Shown here piece by piece: positions 17,805 to 27,397 of a stretch of DNA of 40,325 bases (the first letter of the stretch is position 1; each line of letters opens with the position of its first letter). Made by a program: the position numbers and the translations under genes. The notes below the pieces were generated by a model. It did no database searches. It saw nothing but the letters and a program-made list of their open reading frames with translations, and was not told the DNA's origin. This DNA is from Deferrisomatales bacterium. GTDB lineage: Bacteria > Desulfobacterota > Deferrisomatia > Deferrisomatales > JACRMM01. The DNA is taken from positions 51,064 through 91,388 of the forward strand of contig JAWSUI010000008.1 in the NCBI GenBank assembly GCA_033551855.1, given 5' to 3'.

Positions 17805-18386
17805 ATGAACCGACCCACGCGAGCCGAAGCCTGGACGATCCTCACCGAGAACGTGAAGAGCGAGCACCTCCTGCGCCACGCCCTGGCCGTGGAGGCGGTG
17901 ATGCGCTACGCGGCCCGCAGGCGGGGTGAGGACGAGGAGCTCTGGGGTGCCGTCGGGCTCGTCCACGACGTGGACTACGAGCGGTTCCCGGAGGAGCACC
18001 TCCGGCACGCCCCGGAGATCCTCCGCGCGGCCGGATGGGGAGAGGAGCCCATCCGAGCGGTCCTCGCCCACGGCTGGGGTCTGTGCTCCGACGTGGAACC
18101 CCTCACCCCCCTCGAGAAGACGCTCTACGCCGTGGACGAGCTCACCGGCCTCGTGGCCGCCGCCGCCCTGGTGCGGCCCTCAAAGAGCGTGCTCGACCTG
18201 CCGGTGAAGAGCGTGAAGAAGAAGTGGAAGGACAAGGCCTTCGCCGCGGGGGTCGACCGCTCGGTGATCGAGAAGGGGGCGGAGCTCCTCGGGGTAGAGC
18301 TCTCCGACCTCATCGCCGACACTATCGAGGGGATGCGGGCCGTGGCCGCGGAGCTCGGGCTGGAGGGGACCCCGAAGGTGTCGTGA
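17805..18386 (+). CDS. HD/HDIG-domain hydrolase (COG2316-like)
   Basis: 'LLRHALAVEAVM', 'GLVHDVDYE', 'AVDELTGL', 'KKKWKDKAFAAGVDR'. GAGGAGG RBS. Confidence 0.88.
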   Translation: MNRPTRAEAWTILTENVKSEHLLRHALAVEAVMRYAARRRGEDEELWGAVGLVHDVDYERFPEEHLRHAPEILRAAGWGEEPIRAVLAHGWGLCSDVEPLTPLEKTLYAVDELTGLVAAAALVRPSKSVLDLPVKSVKKKWKDKAFAAGVDRSVIEKGAELLGVELSDLIADTIEGMRAVAAELGLEGTPKVS

Positions 18387-18555
18387 AGCAAGGGTCGGAC
18401 ACGGTGATTCCGTGTCAGACCCTGCGCCGTGGCGTCGCCCTTCCGAGCGATAGCGCCACCGGCATCGCTATCGGGGTCAGCATCTTCGCCGGGATCGACC
18501 TCGCCCCGCCCCGAACCCGATGCCGATGAAAGAGGGCGCTTGCGGAGCTGCATTC

Positions 18556-20172
18556 TCAGGAGGGCATCTGACACACCCCCGGGAGGACGCCTTTTTCCAG
18601 GGCCGTCTCGTAGACATGCTCGGCGAAGCCCGCCCCGGCCTCCCCGAAGATGTTGTAGGCCGCGTGCACCCCCGCTCGGAGCAGCTCGTCCCGCTGGTCG
18701 TCGTACATCGCGATGGCCGCGATCCCCCCCCGGAACCCGGCCCGCTGGAGTTGCTCCACCGCGAACAGGTTCGCCTGGTGCTTGGGCATGGCCAAGAGGA
18801 TCAGCTCCAGGCGCTCGAACGCACCCTGCGCCTTGAGCAGCTCCCAGAAGTCCGGGTCCGCCGCGTCCCCTAAGATCACCTCCCGGCCGGCATCTCGGTG
18901 GGCGGCCACCGCCGCGGAGTTGTAGTCCACGCCGATCACGGTCGCACCGCAGCGCTGCCGCATCAGATCGTAGGCGCCGGTCCCGATGCGCCCCATGCCC
19001 AGGATCGCCACGTTCGATGTCAGCGGGTGGATCATGTCGTCCGGGTGGCGTCCCCCCGTCTCGAAGGTCTGCAGGCGGCGCTGGAAGCGGGCATACAGGG
19101 CGTTGGCGCGGGCGTTCAGGGGTGCCCCCAGGAGGAAGGTGAGGGACAGGGCCAGGGCAAACACCGTGAGCCACTCCCGCCCCAGCCAGCCGTTGGCGAC
19201 GGCAACGGCGCCCACGATGAGGCCGAACTCGCTGTAGTTGGCGAGGCTGAGGGAGGCCAGCAGCGAAGAGCGCGCGCGCAGGCGGAATCGGCACAGTAGC
19301 AGGAAGAAGAGCCCGGCCTTGAGGGGCACCAGAAGGGTCAGACCGACTGCCAGCAGGAAGGTCTCCAGGGTGGGCAGCCCCGCCAGGCCGACGCTCAGGA
19401 AGAAGCCTACCAGGAAGATCTCCTTGAAGCCCAAGAGGCCCTTGGCGATCTCCTTGGCCTTGGGGTGCTCGGCCACCAGCATGCCGATGAGCAGCGCCCC
19501 CAGGTCGGCCTTCATGGCCACCGCGTCGAAGCTCTTCGCCCCGACCACCAGGGCCAGGAAGAACCCGTAGAGGATCGTGAGCTCTCCGCGCTCGCAGCGG
19601 TCCATGATGCGGTACAGGAGCGGGCGGGAGAGGAACAGGAGCGCGAGCACGGCCAGGGCCCAAGGGGACGGGACCTTTCCCGTGGAAGCGGTCAGGAAGA
19701 TGACCGCCAGCACGTCCTGCATGATCAGGATCCCGATGGAGACTCGGCCGTGCATGGAGGACATCTCCCCCTTGCCCTCGAGGACCTTGACCGCGAAGAC
19801 CGTGCTCGAGAAGCTCAGGGCGAAGGCCACCACCAGGATGTCCCCCCAGCCGAGGTCGGTGAAGGGCGCGAGGCCGGCGTACAGCCCCCCGGAGAACAGC
19901 GCTCCGAAGACCAGGACCGTCGCGAGCATGTGCAGGCTCGTGCCGGCCCAGATTTCCGGCCTGAGGAGGCTCTTGACCTTGAGCTTGAGACCGATGGTGA
20001 ACAGGAGCAGGGTGACGCCGAGGTCCGCCACCTTCTGGAGCGTGTCGCCCCCCTCGGCCCCAAGCGCGTTGAGCAGGAACCCGGCGACGAGGAACCCCAC
20101 GAGGGGGGGGAGGCCGACCTGACGGGCCAGGAGGCCGCAGAGGAAGGCGACGGTGATCCAGAGCGGGTCCAT
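18556..20172 (-). CDS. CPA2 cation:proton antiporter with TrkA_N/KTN domain (Kef-like)
   Basis: 'LPPLVGFL', 'LLLFTIGL', 'FSSTVFAVK', 'LIMQD', 'ANYSEFGLI', C-terminal 'GMGRIG'. Confidence 0.9.
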   Translation of the reverse strand: MDPLWITVAFLCGLLARQVGLPPLVGFLVAGFLLNALGAEGGDTLQKVADLGVTLLLFTIGLKLKVKSLLRPEIWAGTSLHMLATVLVFGALFSGGLYAGLAPFTDLGWGDILVVAFALSFSSTVFAVKVLEGKGEMSSMHGRVSIGILIMQDVLAVIFLTASTGKVPSPWALAVLALLFLSRPLLYRIMDRCERGELTILYGFFLALVVGAKSFDAVAMKADLGALLIGMLVAEHPKAKEIAKGLLGFKEIFLVGFFLSVGLAGLPTLETFLLAVGLTLLVPLKAGLFFLLLCRFRLRARSSLLASLSLANYSEFGLIVGAVAVANGWLGREWLTVFALALSLTFLLGAPLNARANALYARFQRRLQTFETGGRHPDDMIHPLTSNVAILGMGRIGTGAYDLMRQRCGATVIGVDYNSAAVAAHRDAGREVILGDAADPDFWELLKAQGAFERLELILLAMPKHQANLFAVEQLQRAGFRGGIAAIAMYDDQRDELLRAGVHAAYNIFGEAGAGFAEHVYETALEKGVLPGVCQMPS

Positions 20173-20334
20173 GACGGAGCTCCTCGGTATCCTCAGCCCG
20201 TGGAGGGCGAGGCAGTGCCGGGGCGGTCGAGTCGGAAGGCTACCGCCGCCGATCGGGCGGGCACAACCCCCCGACCGAGTCGGGTAGCGATCTCGCCCTT
20301 CGGGCGGCGGTCAGGATCCGGGCCGAATCCCTCC

Positions 20335-22503
20335 TCACGGAATATCGCCGAGCCGTCCGCAGGCGTTGCCGCCGCCGCACAGCCCTTCCAGGTCCCGCAT
20401 GGCCCCCGCGACCACCAGGCGGTCCCCGGGGCGGATCACCTCCCCGGGGTCCGGGGCGGTGATCCGCTGGTCGCCCCGCTGGATCCCGATCACGTTGAGC
20501 CCGTGGAGGCCGCGCAGATCGATGTCTTCCAGGGAGCGCCCGGCCCAGGGGGAGCTCTTCCCGACCGCGATCTCGCCGATCCGGAAGGGTACGGGCTCGG
20601 CCTCCTCGAAGGCCGGCGTCTGCAGCATCTCCCGGGCTCGATCGAGGGCCTGCTCGGGGCCCACGAGCACGAGCCGGTCCCGGGGGAAGATCTGGAACTC
20701 CGGCCCCAGGTCGAAGAGGCTGCGGCCCCCTCGATCCACTGCGATCACCGACGCCCCGGTGCGGGAGCGCAGGGCCAGCTCCCGCAACCGCCGGCCCGCG
20801 GCCAGGGAGTCGCTCGTCACCCGCACCTCGGCCAGGGTCACCCCCCAGGGGTGCTCCTCGTGGATGCGCTCCGCCGCCCCGCCCAAGGCGTCCACGGCCT
20901 GCTCCGCGGCGTCCTCGAAGGGAAAGAGCACCTTGTCGGCACCCACTTTCTGGAAGAAGGCGACCTCGTCCTTGCTGTGGGCCGTAAGGACCACCTTTCC
21001 CCGGTAGCCGTGGGCCCGCAGGGACCGCAAGAGCGTGAGGTTGGCCTCGCGCCCGGGGGCGGCGCTCACCACCCAGCGGGCCTGGGCCAGGGGCAGGTGT
21101 TCCAGGATGTCCGGGTCCTCGGCGTCCCCGTAGCGGACCGCAAGGCCCTCCGCCTGGCACTCGACCACCGCTTGGGGGTCGAAGTCGACCCCGAGCACCC
21201 GCTTCCCCACCCGGCGCAGGTTCTTGGCGATGCTGCGCCCGTAGCGGCCGAGGCCGAAGAGGATCACCTCCGACCCGGCGTCGCCGAGACTGTCCTCCGC
21301 GTGCTCCCGGTGGGGGATGCGGCGTTCGAAGAGCCCCAGGGCCGGGGAGAGCCGGTGGTAGATCGGGTGGGAGTAGAGGATGAGGTAGGTGGAGAGGCCG
21401 ATGGTCACGAGCCCCACGAGGGTGAGGAGGCCCATTGCCTCGTCGCTCAGGTGGCCGAGGCTGACGCCCATGGCGCCAAGGATGAGGGAGAACTCGCTGA
21501 TCTGGGCCACGGTGAGACCAGCCAGGAAGCCCGTGCGCTTGCGGTACCCCATGAAGCCCATGATCCCCATCACGATCAGCGGGTTGCCCACCAGCACGAA
21601 GACCGAGAAGACCGCGGCCGGTCCCACCTGGGCGCCCAGAAGGGAGAGGTCCAGCCCCGCCCCGAGGTCGATGAAGAAGAAGAGCAGCAGGAAGTCCCGC
21701 AGGCTCACCAGCCGGGAGGCAATCGCCTCCCGGTAGGGTGTGGAGGCCAGGGAGATCCCCGCCAGGAAGGCGCCGACCTCCTTGCTGAAGCCCAGCGTAT
21801 CCCCCAGGGCGGCCAGCAGCACGGCCCAGGCAATGGCCGAGAGGACAAGGAGCTCCGGGGACCGGGCGATGCGGTCCAGCAGGGGCGGGAGCACGTAGCG
21901 CATCAGCAGGCCCACGGCGCCGAGGAACCCGAGACCCACGGCCACCACCCGCAGCCCCTCCCGTACCAGGTCTCCCTCGCCGGGGGCCGCCCCAAGGGCC
22001 GTGAGGCCGATGAGCGCGAGCACAGCCGCCACGTCCTGCACGATGAGGAAACCGAGGGCGATGCGGCCGTGTAGGGCGTCGATCTCCCGTTTGTCGGAGA
22101 GCAGCTTCACGATGATGATGGTGCTGGAGAAGGTGAGTCCCACGGCCAGGTACAGGGCTTCCACGGTGCCGATACCGAACCCGAGGGCGATGAGGAAGCC
22201 GAAGACCGACGTGAAGAGCACCTGCCCCATGCCCGTGGCGAGCGCAACCGGGCCGGTGGTGCGGATCAGGTGCAGGTCGAGCTTGAGGCCGACCACGAAG
22301 AGCAGGAGCGCGATCCCCAACTCGGCCAGGAGCTCGATCTGCTCGTGGGCCGAGACCATGTCGAGGCCTGCCGGACCCACCAGCACCCCCACGCCGATGA
22401 AGGCCACGATCAGGGGCTGGCGGAGTTGGGTCGCCAGGGCCCCGATCACGGCGCTGATCACCAGAATCGCGGTCACCTCGAGGAACATGTTCTCGAACAG
22501 CAT
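20335..22503 (-). CDS. CPA2 cation:proton antiporter with TrkA_N and two TrkA_C domains
   Basis: 'QPLIVAFI', 'FSSTIIIVK', 'FLIVQD', 'AQISEFSLI', 'GLGRYG', and two 'LAAGRRL/WAGRSL...LR..G..VIA/G' TrkA_C repeats. Confidence 0.9.
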   Translation of the reverse strand: MLFENMFLEVTAILVISAVIGALATQLRQPLIVAFIGVGVLVGPAGLDMVSAHEQIELLAELGIALLLFVVGLKLDLHLIRTTGPVALATGMGQVLFTSVFGFLIALGFGIGTVEALYLAVGLTFSSTIIIVKLLSDKREIDALHGRIALGFLIVQDVAAVLALIGLTALGAAPGEGDLVREGLRVVAVGLGFLGAVGLLMRYVLPPLLDRIARSPELLVLSAIAWAVLLAALGDTLGFSKEVGAFLAGISLASTPYREAIASRLVSLRDFLLLFFFIDLGAGLDLSLLGAQVGPAAVFSVFVLVGNPLIVMGIMGFMGYRKRTGFLAGLTVAQISEFSLILGAMGVSLGHLSDEAMGLLTLVGLVTIGLSTYLILYSHPIYHRLSPALGLFERRIPHREHAEDSLGDAGSEVILFGLGRYGRSIAKNLRRVGKRVLGVDFDPQAVVECQAEGLAVRYGDAEDPDILEHLPLAQARWVVSAAPGREANLTLLRSLRAHGYRGKVVLTAHSKDEVAFFQKVGADKVLFPFEDAAEQAVDALGGAAERIHEEHPWGVTLAEVRVTSDSLAAGRRLRELALRSRTGASVIAVDRGGRSLFDLGPEFQIFPRDRLVLVGPEQALDRAREMLQTPAFEEAEPVPFRIGEIAVGKSSPWAGRSLEDIDLRGLHGLNVIGIQRGDQRITAPDPGEVIRPGDRLVVAGAMRDLEGLCGGGNACGRLGDIP

Positions 22504-22574
22504 GGTCGCGAATCCTGCCGGAGCGGGTGCAGGAAGGGCTGCGCCCTCGAGGAAGCCGTCGCCGGCGGTCTAGA

Positions 22575-22797
22575 CAGGCTGCTGAAAAAGCAGCCTGTGT
22601 GCGCCCCATGGAGGGGGCGATGAATCACGGCGCTTGAAAAGCGCAGGATTCGTGAGGGCTCGAAGGGGCCTTCCCCGAGACGATTCTCCAGGACAGGGGA
22701 ATCGGACGCGCCGTCGGCGCGCCCGGAGGGCGAGCCCCGAGACGGGGCGAGTCAACCCGTAGCTGAAAACCCCAGGGAGGGGGGTTTCAGTGCCCTG
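22575..22797. mobile_element. Putative MITE with IS5/IS1182-like ends, copy A
   Basis: Left end caggctgctgaaa and right end tttcagtgccctg (10/13 inverted match), flanked by ctag/gtag. Internal sequence is homologous to 39023-39222. No transposase. Confidence 0.55.
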
Positions 22798-22858
22798 GTA
22801 GTGCGTCCGCGCTTGTATGACATTCCCCCGACCAAACGCAACCCCTCGCCGGAAACCT

Positions 22859-23060
22859 GGATCCGCCGGCTGGTCGGCGAGCGGAGTCCGGGAGCCCCTG
22901 CGTTTCGCCCCGCAATCCGCGGTAATTCGAAGAGGCGTCCCAGCAGTCCCCGGTGCGTCGGGCTTCACCCGGTTGCGCCGGCCTCGTCGACTCGGTGGAT
23001 GCGGTGCGGGGCTGCACTCCTGGGCTCCCGGACTCCGCCCCGCAGTGTGGTGGTGGATTC
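22859..23060. repeat. ~190-200-bp long-hairpin intergenic element, copy 2
   Basis: Near-identical to 10111-10301. Outer ggatccgcc...ggtggattc and inner 17-bp inverted repeats. Confidence 0.85.
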
Positions 23061-23276
23061 TGGGTAAAGGCGCCCTGCCCGGCGGGAACCGCCTGTCCCG
23101 GGGGTCGCCCCCTTCGGTGGTCTCCCGTTGGGATCGCCGTCGATATCGGGATCGGAGTCGCCTTCGACGGGGGTCTCGATCCCGAAAGGGAGGCCTGGCC
23201 TGACGGTGTGAGACGTCCCGTGCGCTCCCACGCCGCGCCGTTTCGTCCCCCGGAGCGACAGTAGGTCGAAGGCAGC

Positions 23277-23666
23277 TCACACGGCCCGGATGTCGAATTC
23301 CGGGGGCGCGAGGATGTGGCGCTTCACCGAGCACTGGTCCACGGCCCGCAGGATCGCGGCGCGGTACTTCTCGGGGAAGCCGGGGGGCAGGCGGACCTGT
23401 ATTGCCATCCGCGCCACCCGCTTGGTCTCCGGGTCCCAGGGGGCATCCAGGGTGACCCGCAGGCCCGAGGTGTCGATCTTCCGCTCCTGGCAGAAGCGAA
23501 GGGCGAAGAGCCCGGCGCAGGTGCCGATCGATGCCAGGAAGAGCTCGAAGGGCGTCGGTGCCGCACCGCCGCCCCCGTGATCCCCGGGCTGGTCGGTCGT
23601 GACCGTGAAGCCGTCGAAGTGGGCGGATACTGCCACCCCTCCGGGAAACGTGATCTCCATGCCCAT
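23277..23666 (-). CDS. OsmC/Ohr-family protein
   Basis: ATG 23666 with GGAGG RBS. 'TDQP..HGG...APTPFELFLASIGTCAG' and 'AVDQCSVKRHI'. Confidence 0.9.
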   Translation of the reverse strand: MGMEITFPGGVAVSAHFDGFTVTTDQPGDHGGGGAAPTPFELFLASIGTCAGLFALRFCQERKIDTSGLRVTLDAPWDPETKRVARMAIQVRLPPGFPEKYRAAILRAVDQCSVKRHILAPPEFDIRAV

Positions 23667-23748
23667 GGAATCCTCCGTAGGTCCGACGTCACAGGTGACC
23701 CTCAGATGCGCCGATTCGGCAAAGGTTTCGGGTGGGGTGCCCTCCATG

Positions 23749-23773
23749 GGGGTGACGCGTGCGTCGCCCCTGC
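23749..23773. repeat. Solo copy of the GTAG-type REP
   Basis: ggggtgacgcgtgcgtcgcccctgc matches the REPs at 31590-31727. Confidence 0.65.
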
Positions 23774-23796
23774 AGAAGGTGGTCACGGGCCTCCCA

Positions 23797-23905
23797 CATG
23801 ATTTGTGTGCATACTTATGTGCAGTGTCATTTTCACGATATGATGCATATATTGGCGTAATTATACGGCGGTTTGACCAGAAAGTCATTCGTGTGCTAAG
23901 GTTCT
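23797..23905 (+). promoter_or_regulatory. AT-rich divergent promoter region with putative sigma70 promoter and overlapping MarR operator
   Basis: Strongly AT-rich patch. TTGACC(23873)-N18-TAAGGT(23897) with TGn extension. Pseudo-palindrome TTCG-tgtg-CTAA overlaps the -10. Confidence 0.5.
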
Positions 23906-23929
23906 GCGCTTCGAAGAAGAGGAGAGTGC

Positions 23930-24475
23930 ATGGGAACCCTGGGAGAGCGGGTCGAGGAAGAGGTGGTCGTCGCCCTGCGGCGCATCGCCCGGGCCGCGAG
24001 CCTCCACTCGCGGCACATCCAGCAGACCTACGGCCTGACCTCCCCCCAGCTCTTCGTGCTCCGGGAGCTCGCCCGGCGCGAGGGCGCGACGGGGGCGGAG
24101 CTCGCCCGGGCCGCCTCCCTGAGCCCCGCCACGGTGACGGGCATCCTGGACCGCCTGGAGCGGCGGGGGTTGATCGACCGCGTCCGGTCCGAGGAGGACC
24201 GCCGGCGAGTGTTGACCCGAGTGACCCAGGCGGGCAGGGCCCTCCTGGCCGCGGCGCCCCCGCCGCTGCAGGCCCGCTTCCTCGCCGGGTTTCGGACGCT
24301 GCCGGACTGGGAGCAGTCCTTCCTGCTGGGGGCCCTCCAGAGGCTGGCCTCCCTGATGGGGGGCGCCGGGGAGCCGGACGACGACGGCGAGGAGGCCGAG
24401 CCGGCCGAGGCGGCCTCGGGGGTGGGGGGCGAAGACTTGGAGAGAGCGGCGCCGGACCCCCGGCGCGCGGCGTGA
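23930..24475 (+). CDS. MarR-family regulator, EctR/CosR-like
   Basis: 'VALRRIARAASLHSR...GLTSPQL', 'SPATVTGILDRLE', 'DRRRV', 'APPPLQARF...LPDWEQSFLLGALQR', as recalled for the CosR/EctR subfamily. Confidence 0.85.
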   Translation: MGTLGERVEEEVVVALRRIARAASLHSRHIQQTYGLTSPQLFVLRELARREGATGAELARAASLSPATVTGILDRLERRGLIDRVRSEEDRRRVLTRVTQAGRALLAAAPPPLQARFLAGFRTLPDWEQSFLLGALQRLASLMGGAGEPDDDGEEAEPAEAASGVGGEDLERAAPDPRRAA

Positions 24476-24505
24476 ACCACGAACCGGAAAAGGAGGCACC
24501 ACGAC

Positions 24506-26131
24506 ATGTGTACCATCTGCGGGCACTTCGCCAGGAGCGGCCCGATCCCCTCGGCAGACGTCTACGACATGCTCCGGAAGATGGAACACCGCGGACCCGA
24601 CACCAACGGCGTGTGCCTGGACGGCGACGTGCTCCGGGTGGAAGACCTGGACCGGCTGCGGGCGCCCCTGATGCGCACCAGCCGCATCGCCCTGGGCCAC
24701 TCGCGGCTGCGGATCGTGGGCCGGGAGGCAACGACCCAGCCCTTCACGGCGTGCGACGGGTCGCTGGTGCTCATCCACAACGGCGAGATCTACAACTACG
24801 AGAAGCTCAAGACCCTGCTCCGGCACCAGCACCGGTGGCAGACCACCAGTGACAGCGAGGTGCTCGTGCACCTGCTCGAGGAGACCTACCAGGGGGACCT
24901 GCTGGGGGCGGTTCGAAAGGTCGTGGGGCTCCTGGACGGGATGTACGCCCTGGCGGTCACCGACGGGAAGAGCGTCGTGGCGGCGCGGGACCCCATCGGC
25001 AAGAAGCCCCTCTACTACATCGAGAACGGGCCGGTCACCTATTTCGCCTCGGAGCGCAAGGCCCTCTGGAACGGCCGGGACGAGCCCCGGCGGCTCGACC
25101 CGGGCGACATCCTGGTGCTGGACGGGGAGGGCACCCGGGTGGCGGAGGGCTACCACCTACAGCTTCCCCCCATCGACGTGGTGGATTTCGGTGAGGCCGT
25201 GGCGCTCTACAAGGACGTCCTCCTCAAGGCGGTGAAGAAGCGCCTGGTGGGCCTCCAGGAGTCGGTGCTGGGGGTGATCTTCTCCGGGGGGATCGACTCG
25301 GTGCTCATCGCCAAGCTCCTTCAGCAGGAAGGCAAGAACGTCATCTGCTACTGCACGGGAACCGAAGACTCCGGCGACATCGCGGCGGCCCGGTCCGTGG
25401 CCGAGGACCTGGGCCTGGAGCTCAAGACCACGATCATCGACGAGGCGGCCGTGGAGAGCCTCCTGCCCGAAGTCATCCGGAACGTGGAGGAGAGCGGGCT
25501 CCTCCAGGTGGAGGTGGCGATCCCCATGTACCTGGCGGCCAAGCTGGCCTCGGAGGACGGCCTGCGGGTCATGTACACCGGTCAGGCCGCGGACGAGCTG
25601 TGGGCCGGCTACCCGTGGTACTCCGACGTCCTGGAGCAGGACGGCTACCTGCGGCTCCACGAGAAGCTCTGGGAGGACCTCAACTACCTCTACTCCGACA
25701 CCCTGGAGCGGGAGGACAAACTCACCATGGCCCACTCCATCGAGCTGCGGGCACCCTACCTGGACCGGGACGTGATCCACGCCGCCATGCGGGTGTCCCC
25801 CCGCCTGAAGATCCAGGGTGTGGAAGACCGGCTCCGGAAGCGCGTGCACCGTCAGGCTGCCGTCGAGCTCGGGGTGCCCCCCTATCTCGCCTTCCGCATC
25901 AAGGACCCGGCCCAGTCCGGCTCCGGGATCCACGGAATCGTGGAGCGCATCGCCGCCCGCTCCGCGACCCGCTGTGACCCCGGCCTCGCCGACGAGAACC
26001 TCCGGCGGGACAAGGGCAGCCTCTACCGCTACGGGGACGCGGTCTACGGCGAGGAGGCGACCCGGGCCTTCCTGCAGGAGATCGAGGGCCGGATTCGCGA
26101 GCAATACATCCCGGCCTTCCTGGCGGCCTGA
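24506..26131 (+). CDS. asnB: AsnB-family glutamine-dependent amidotransferase (asparagine synthetase B-like)
   Basis: N-terminal Cys (MCTICG), HRGPD, HNGEIYN, SDSEV, RDPIGKKPLYY, PP-loop SGGIDS, 'GQAADELWAGY', 'ELRAPYLD'. AGGAGG RBS. Substrate not certain. Confidence 0.88.
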   Translation: MCTICGHFARSGPIPSADVYDMLRKMEHRGPDTNGVCLDGDVLRVEDLDRLRAPLMRTSRIALGHSRLRIVGREATTQPFTACDGSLVLIHNGEIYNYEKLKTLLRHQHRWQTTSDSEVLVHLLEETYQGDLLGAVRKVVGLLDGMYALAVTDGKSVVAARDPIGKKPLYYIENGPVTYFASERKALWNGRDEPRRLDPGDILVLDGEGTRVAEGYHLQLPPIDVVDFGEAVALYKDVLLKAVKKRLVGLQESVLGVIFSGGIDSVLIAKLLQQEGKNVICYCTGTEDSGDIAAARSVAEDLGLELKTTIIDEAAVESLLPEVIRNVEESGLLQVEVAIPMYLAAKLASEDGLRVMYTGQAADELWAGYPWYSDVLEQDGYLRLHEKLWEDLNYLYSDTLEREDKLTMAHSIELRAPYLDRDVIHAAMRVSPRLKIQGVEDRLRKRVHRQAAVELGVPPYLAFRIKDPAQSGSGIHGIVERIAARSATRCDPGLADENLRRDKGSLYRYGDAVYGEEATRAFLQEIEGRIREQYIPAFLAA

Positions 26132-26994
26132 TGGGGCGGTCGCTGGACGTACGGGTCCTCCAGGTGGGGTACGACGCCCGGGACATCCGGCACCACGTGG
26201 AGAAGCTCAAGACTCTCGTTTCCGAGCACCGGGGGGCGGACCTCCTGGTGTTTCCGGAGCTGTGTCTGCACGGGCACCCTTCTCTGGAGCGGCCCGAGGG
26301 GTTCCTGTACCGCAGGATGCGCATCGCCTACGGGCCGATCTCCTCGGACCTGTACCGCTTCGTCCGGGACGTGGGGGCGCGGGTCGTGATCGGGGAGATG
26401 CACCGCCGGGGCGACGAGCTCTTCAACGTGGCCACCTACCTGGACGACGAGCGGGCCCCGCAGCACTACGTGAAGACCCACGTCCACTGGACGGAGCACT
26501 TCGTGCCCGGACGGTCCCTGAAGACCTTCGACACGGCCTTCGGCCCCCTGGGGATCAACATCTGTTTCGATGCGGCGTTTCCCGAGGTCTGGCGGACGCT
26601 CGCCCTCCTGGGCGCCGAGGTCCTGGTGAACATATCGGCCGTGCCGGCGTCGTTCCCCTCGCGGTATGTGCACCGGCGGATGAGCGCCGCCGCGCTCAAC
26701 AACCAGGTCTTCGTCGTCTACGTCAACCGGCCCGGGCCGGTGTTCTCGGGGGAGAGCGCCGTGTTCGACCCCCGGGGGGAGACCGTGGCCGCCCTCGGGC
26801 CCGACGAGGGGACCCTGGGTGTGCGCCTGGACCGCGAGCTGGTGGCCCGGTGGCGGGAGGAGGAGCCCCTGTGGCCTCACCGCCGCCCCCAGCTCTACCG
26901 CGCGGTCACCGGGTCCCACAGGCACCGCCGCCGGGAGCTCTCGGGCGAAGGGCAGGTGGAAGACCCCCGGGTCGCGGCAGGGGGAGGGCCGTGA
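26131..26994 (+). CDS. Carbon-nitrogen hydrolase (nitrilase superfamily amidase)
   Basis: Catalytic triad E (FPELCL), K (YVKTH), C (ICFDAAFPE). TGATG coupling to asnB. Confidence 0.92.
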   Translation: MGRSLDVRVLQVGYDARDIRHHVEKLKTLVSEHRGADLLVFPELCLHGHPSLERPEGFLYRRMRIAYGPISSDLYRFVRDVGARVVIGEMHRRGDELFNVATYLDDERAPQHYVKTHVHWTEHFVPGRSLKTFDTAFGPLGINICFDAAFPEVWRTLALLGAEVLVNISAVPASFPSRYVHRRMSAAALNNQVFVVYVNRPGPVFSGESAVFDPRGETVAALGPDEGTLGVRLDRELVARWREEEPLWPHRRPQLYRAVTGSHRHRRRELSGEGQVEDPRVAAGGGP

Positions 26995-27311
26995 CGGGGC
27001 GGCGCCGGTCCTCACGGGAGAGCGGTGCCGCGGCCGAGCGGCTGGACCTGGCTCAGCGACGGTATCATGGCCGGGAGGTCAACCCCCACGTCACCAACGC
27101 CCTCCTTCACCTCGGATTGGCCCGCCGGGCGGCCCGGCGGCGCGACCGTGAGAACGCCCGCCGGGAGTATTCCCGCAGCCTGACCTGTTGGCAGAAAGCC
27201 GACCTCCAGGAGGGGGGGCGGTGGGAACGGGAGGTGTCGCTGGTGCGGCGTGAGCGGGGCGAGGTGGTCCCCAAAGGCCCAGCCAAGACCGGAAATCGCG
27301 GCGGGCCTTGA
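26991..27311 (+). CDS. Small hypothetical helical (TPR-like) protein, 106 aa
   Basis: GTG overlaps the nitrilase stop (GTGA) with GGGGAGG upstream. 'TNALLHLGLARRAA...ARREYSRSLTCWQKA' resembles a single TPR. Confidence 0.5.
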   Translation: MTGRRRSSRESGAAAERLDLAQRRYHGREVNPHVTNALLHLGLARRAARRRDRENARREYSRSLTCWQKADLQEGGRWEREVSLVRRERGEVVPKGPAKTGNRGGP

Positions 27312-27397
27312 AGTTCGGAGGGGCTCCGGTACGGTGTCCCGTGAGCCGGGTGGGGCCGGGGAGGGGGCCGACTGAAGAGCGGCCGAGGAGGTGGCAC

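Noticed and set aside
24506..26131. Lasso peptide cyclase
   Set aside because: It has an intact N-terminal Cys glutaminase domain, and no B1/B2 proteins or precursor are nearby.
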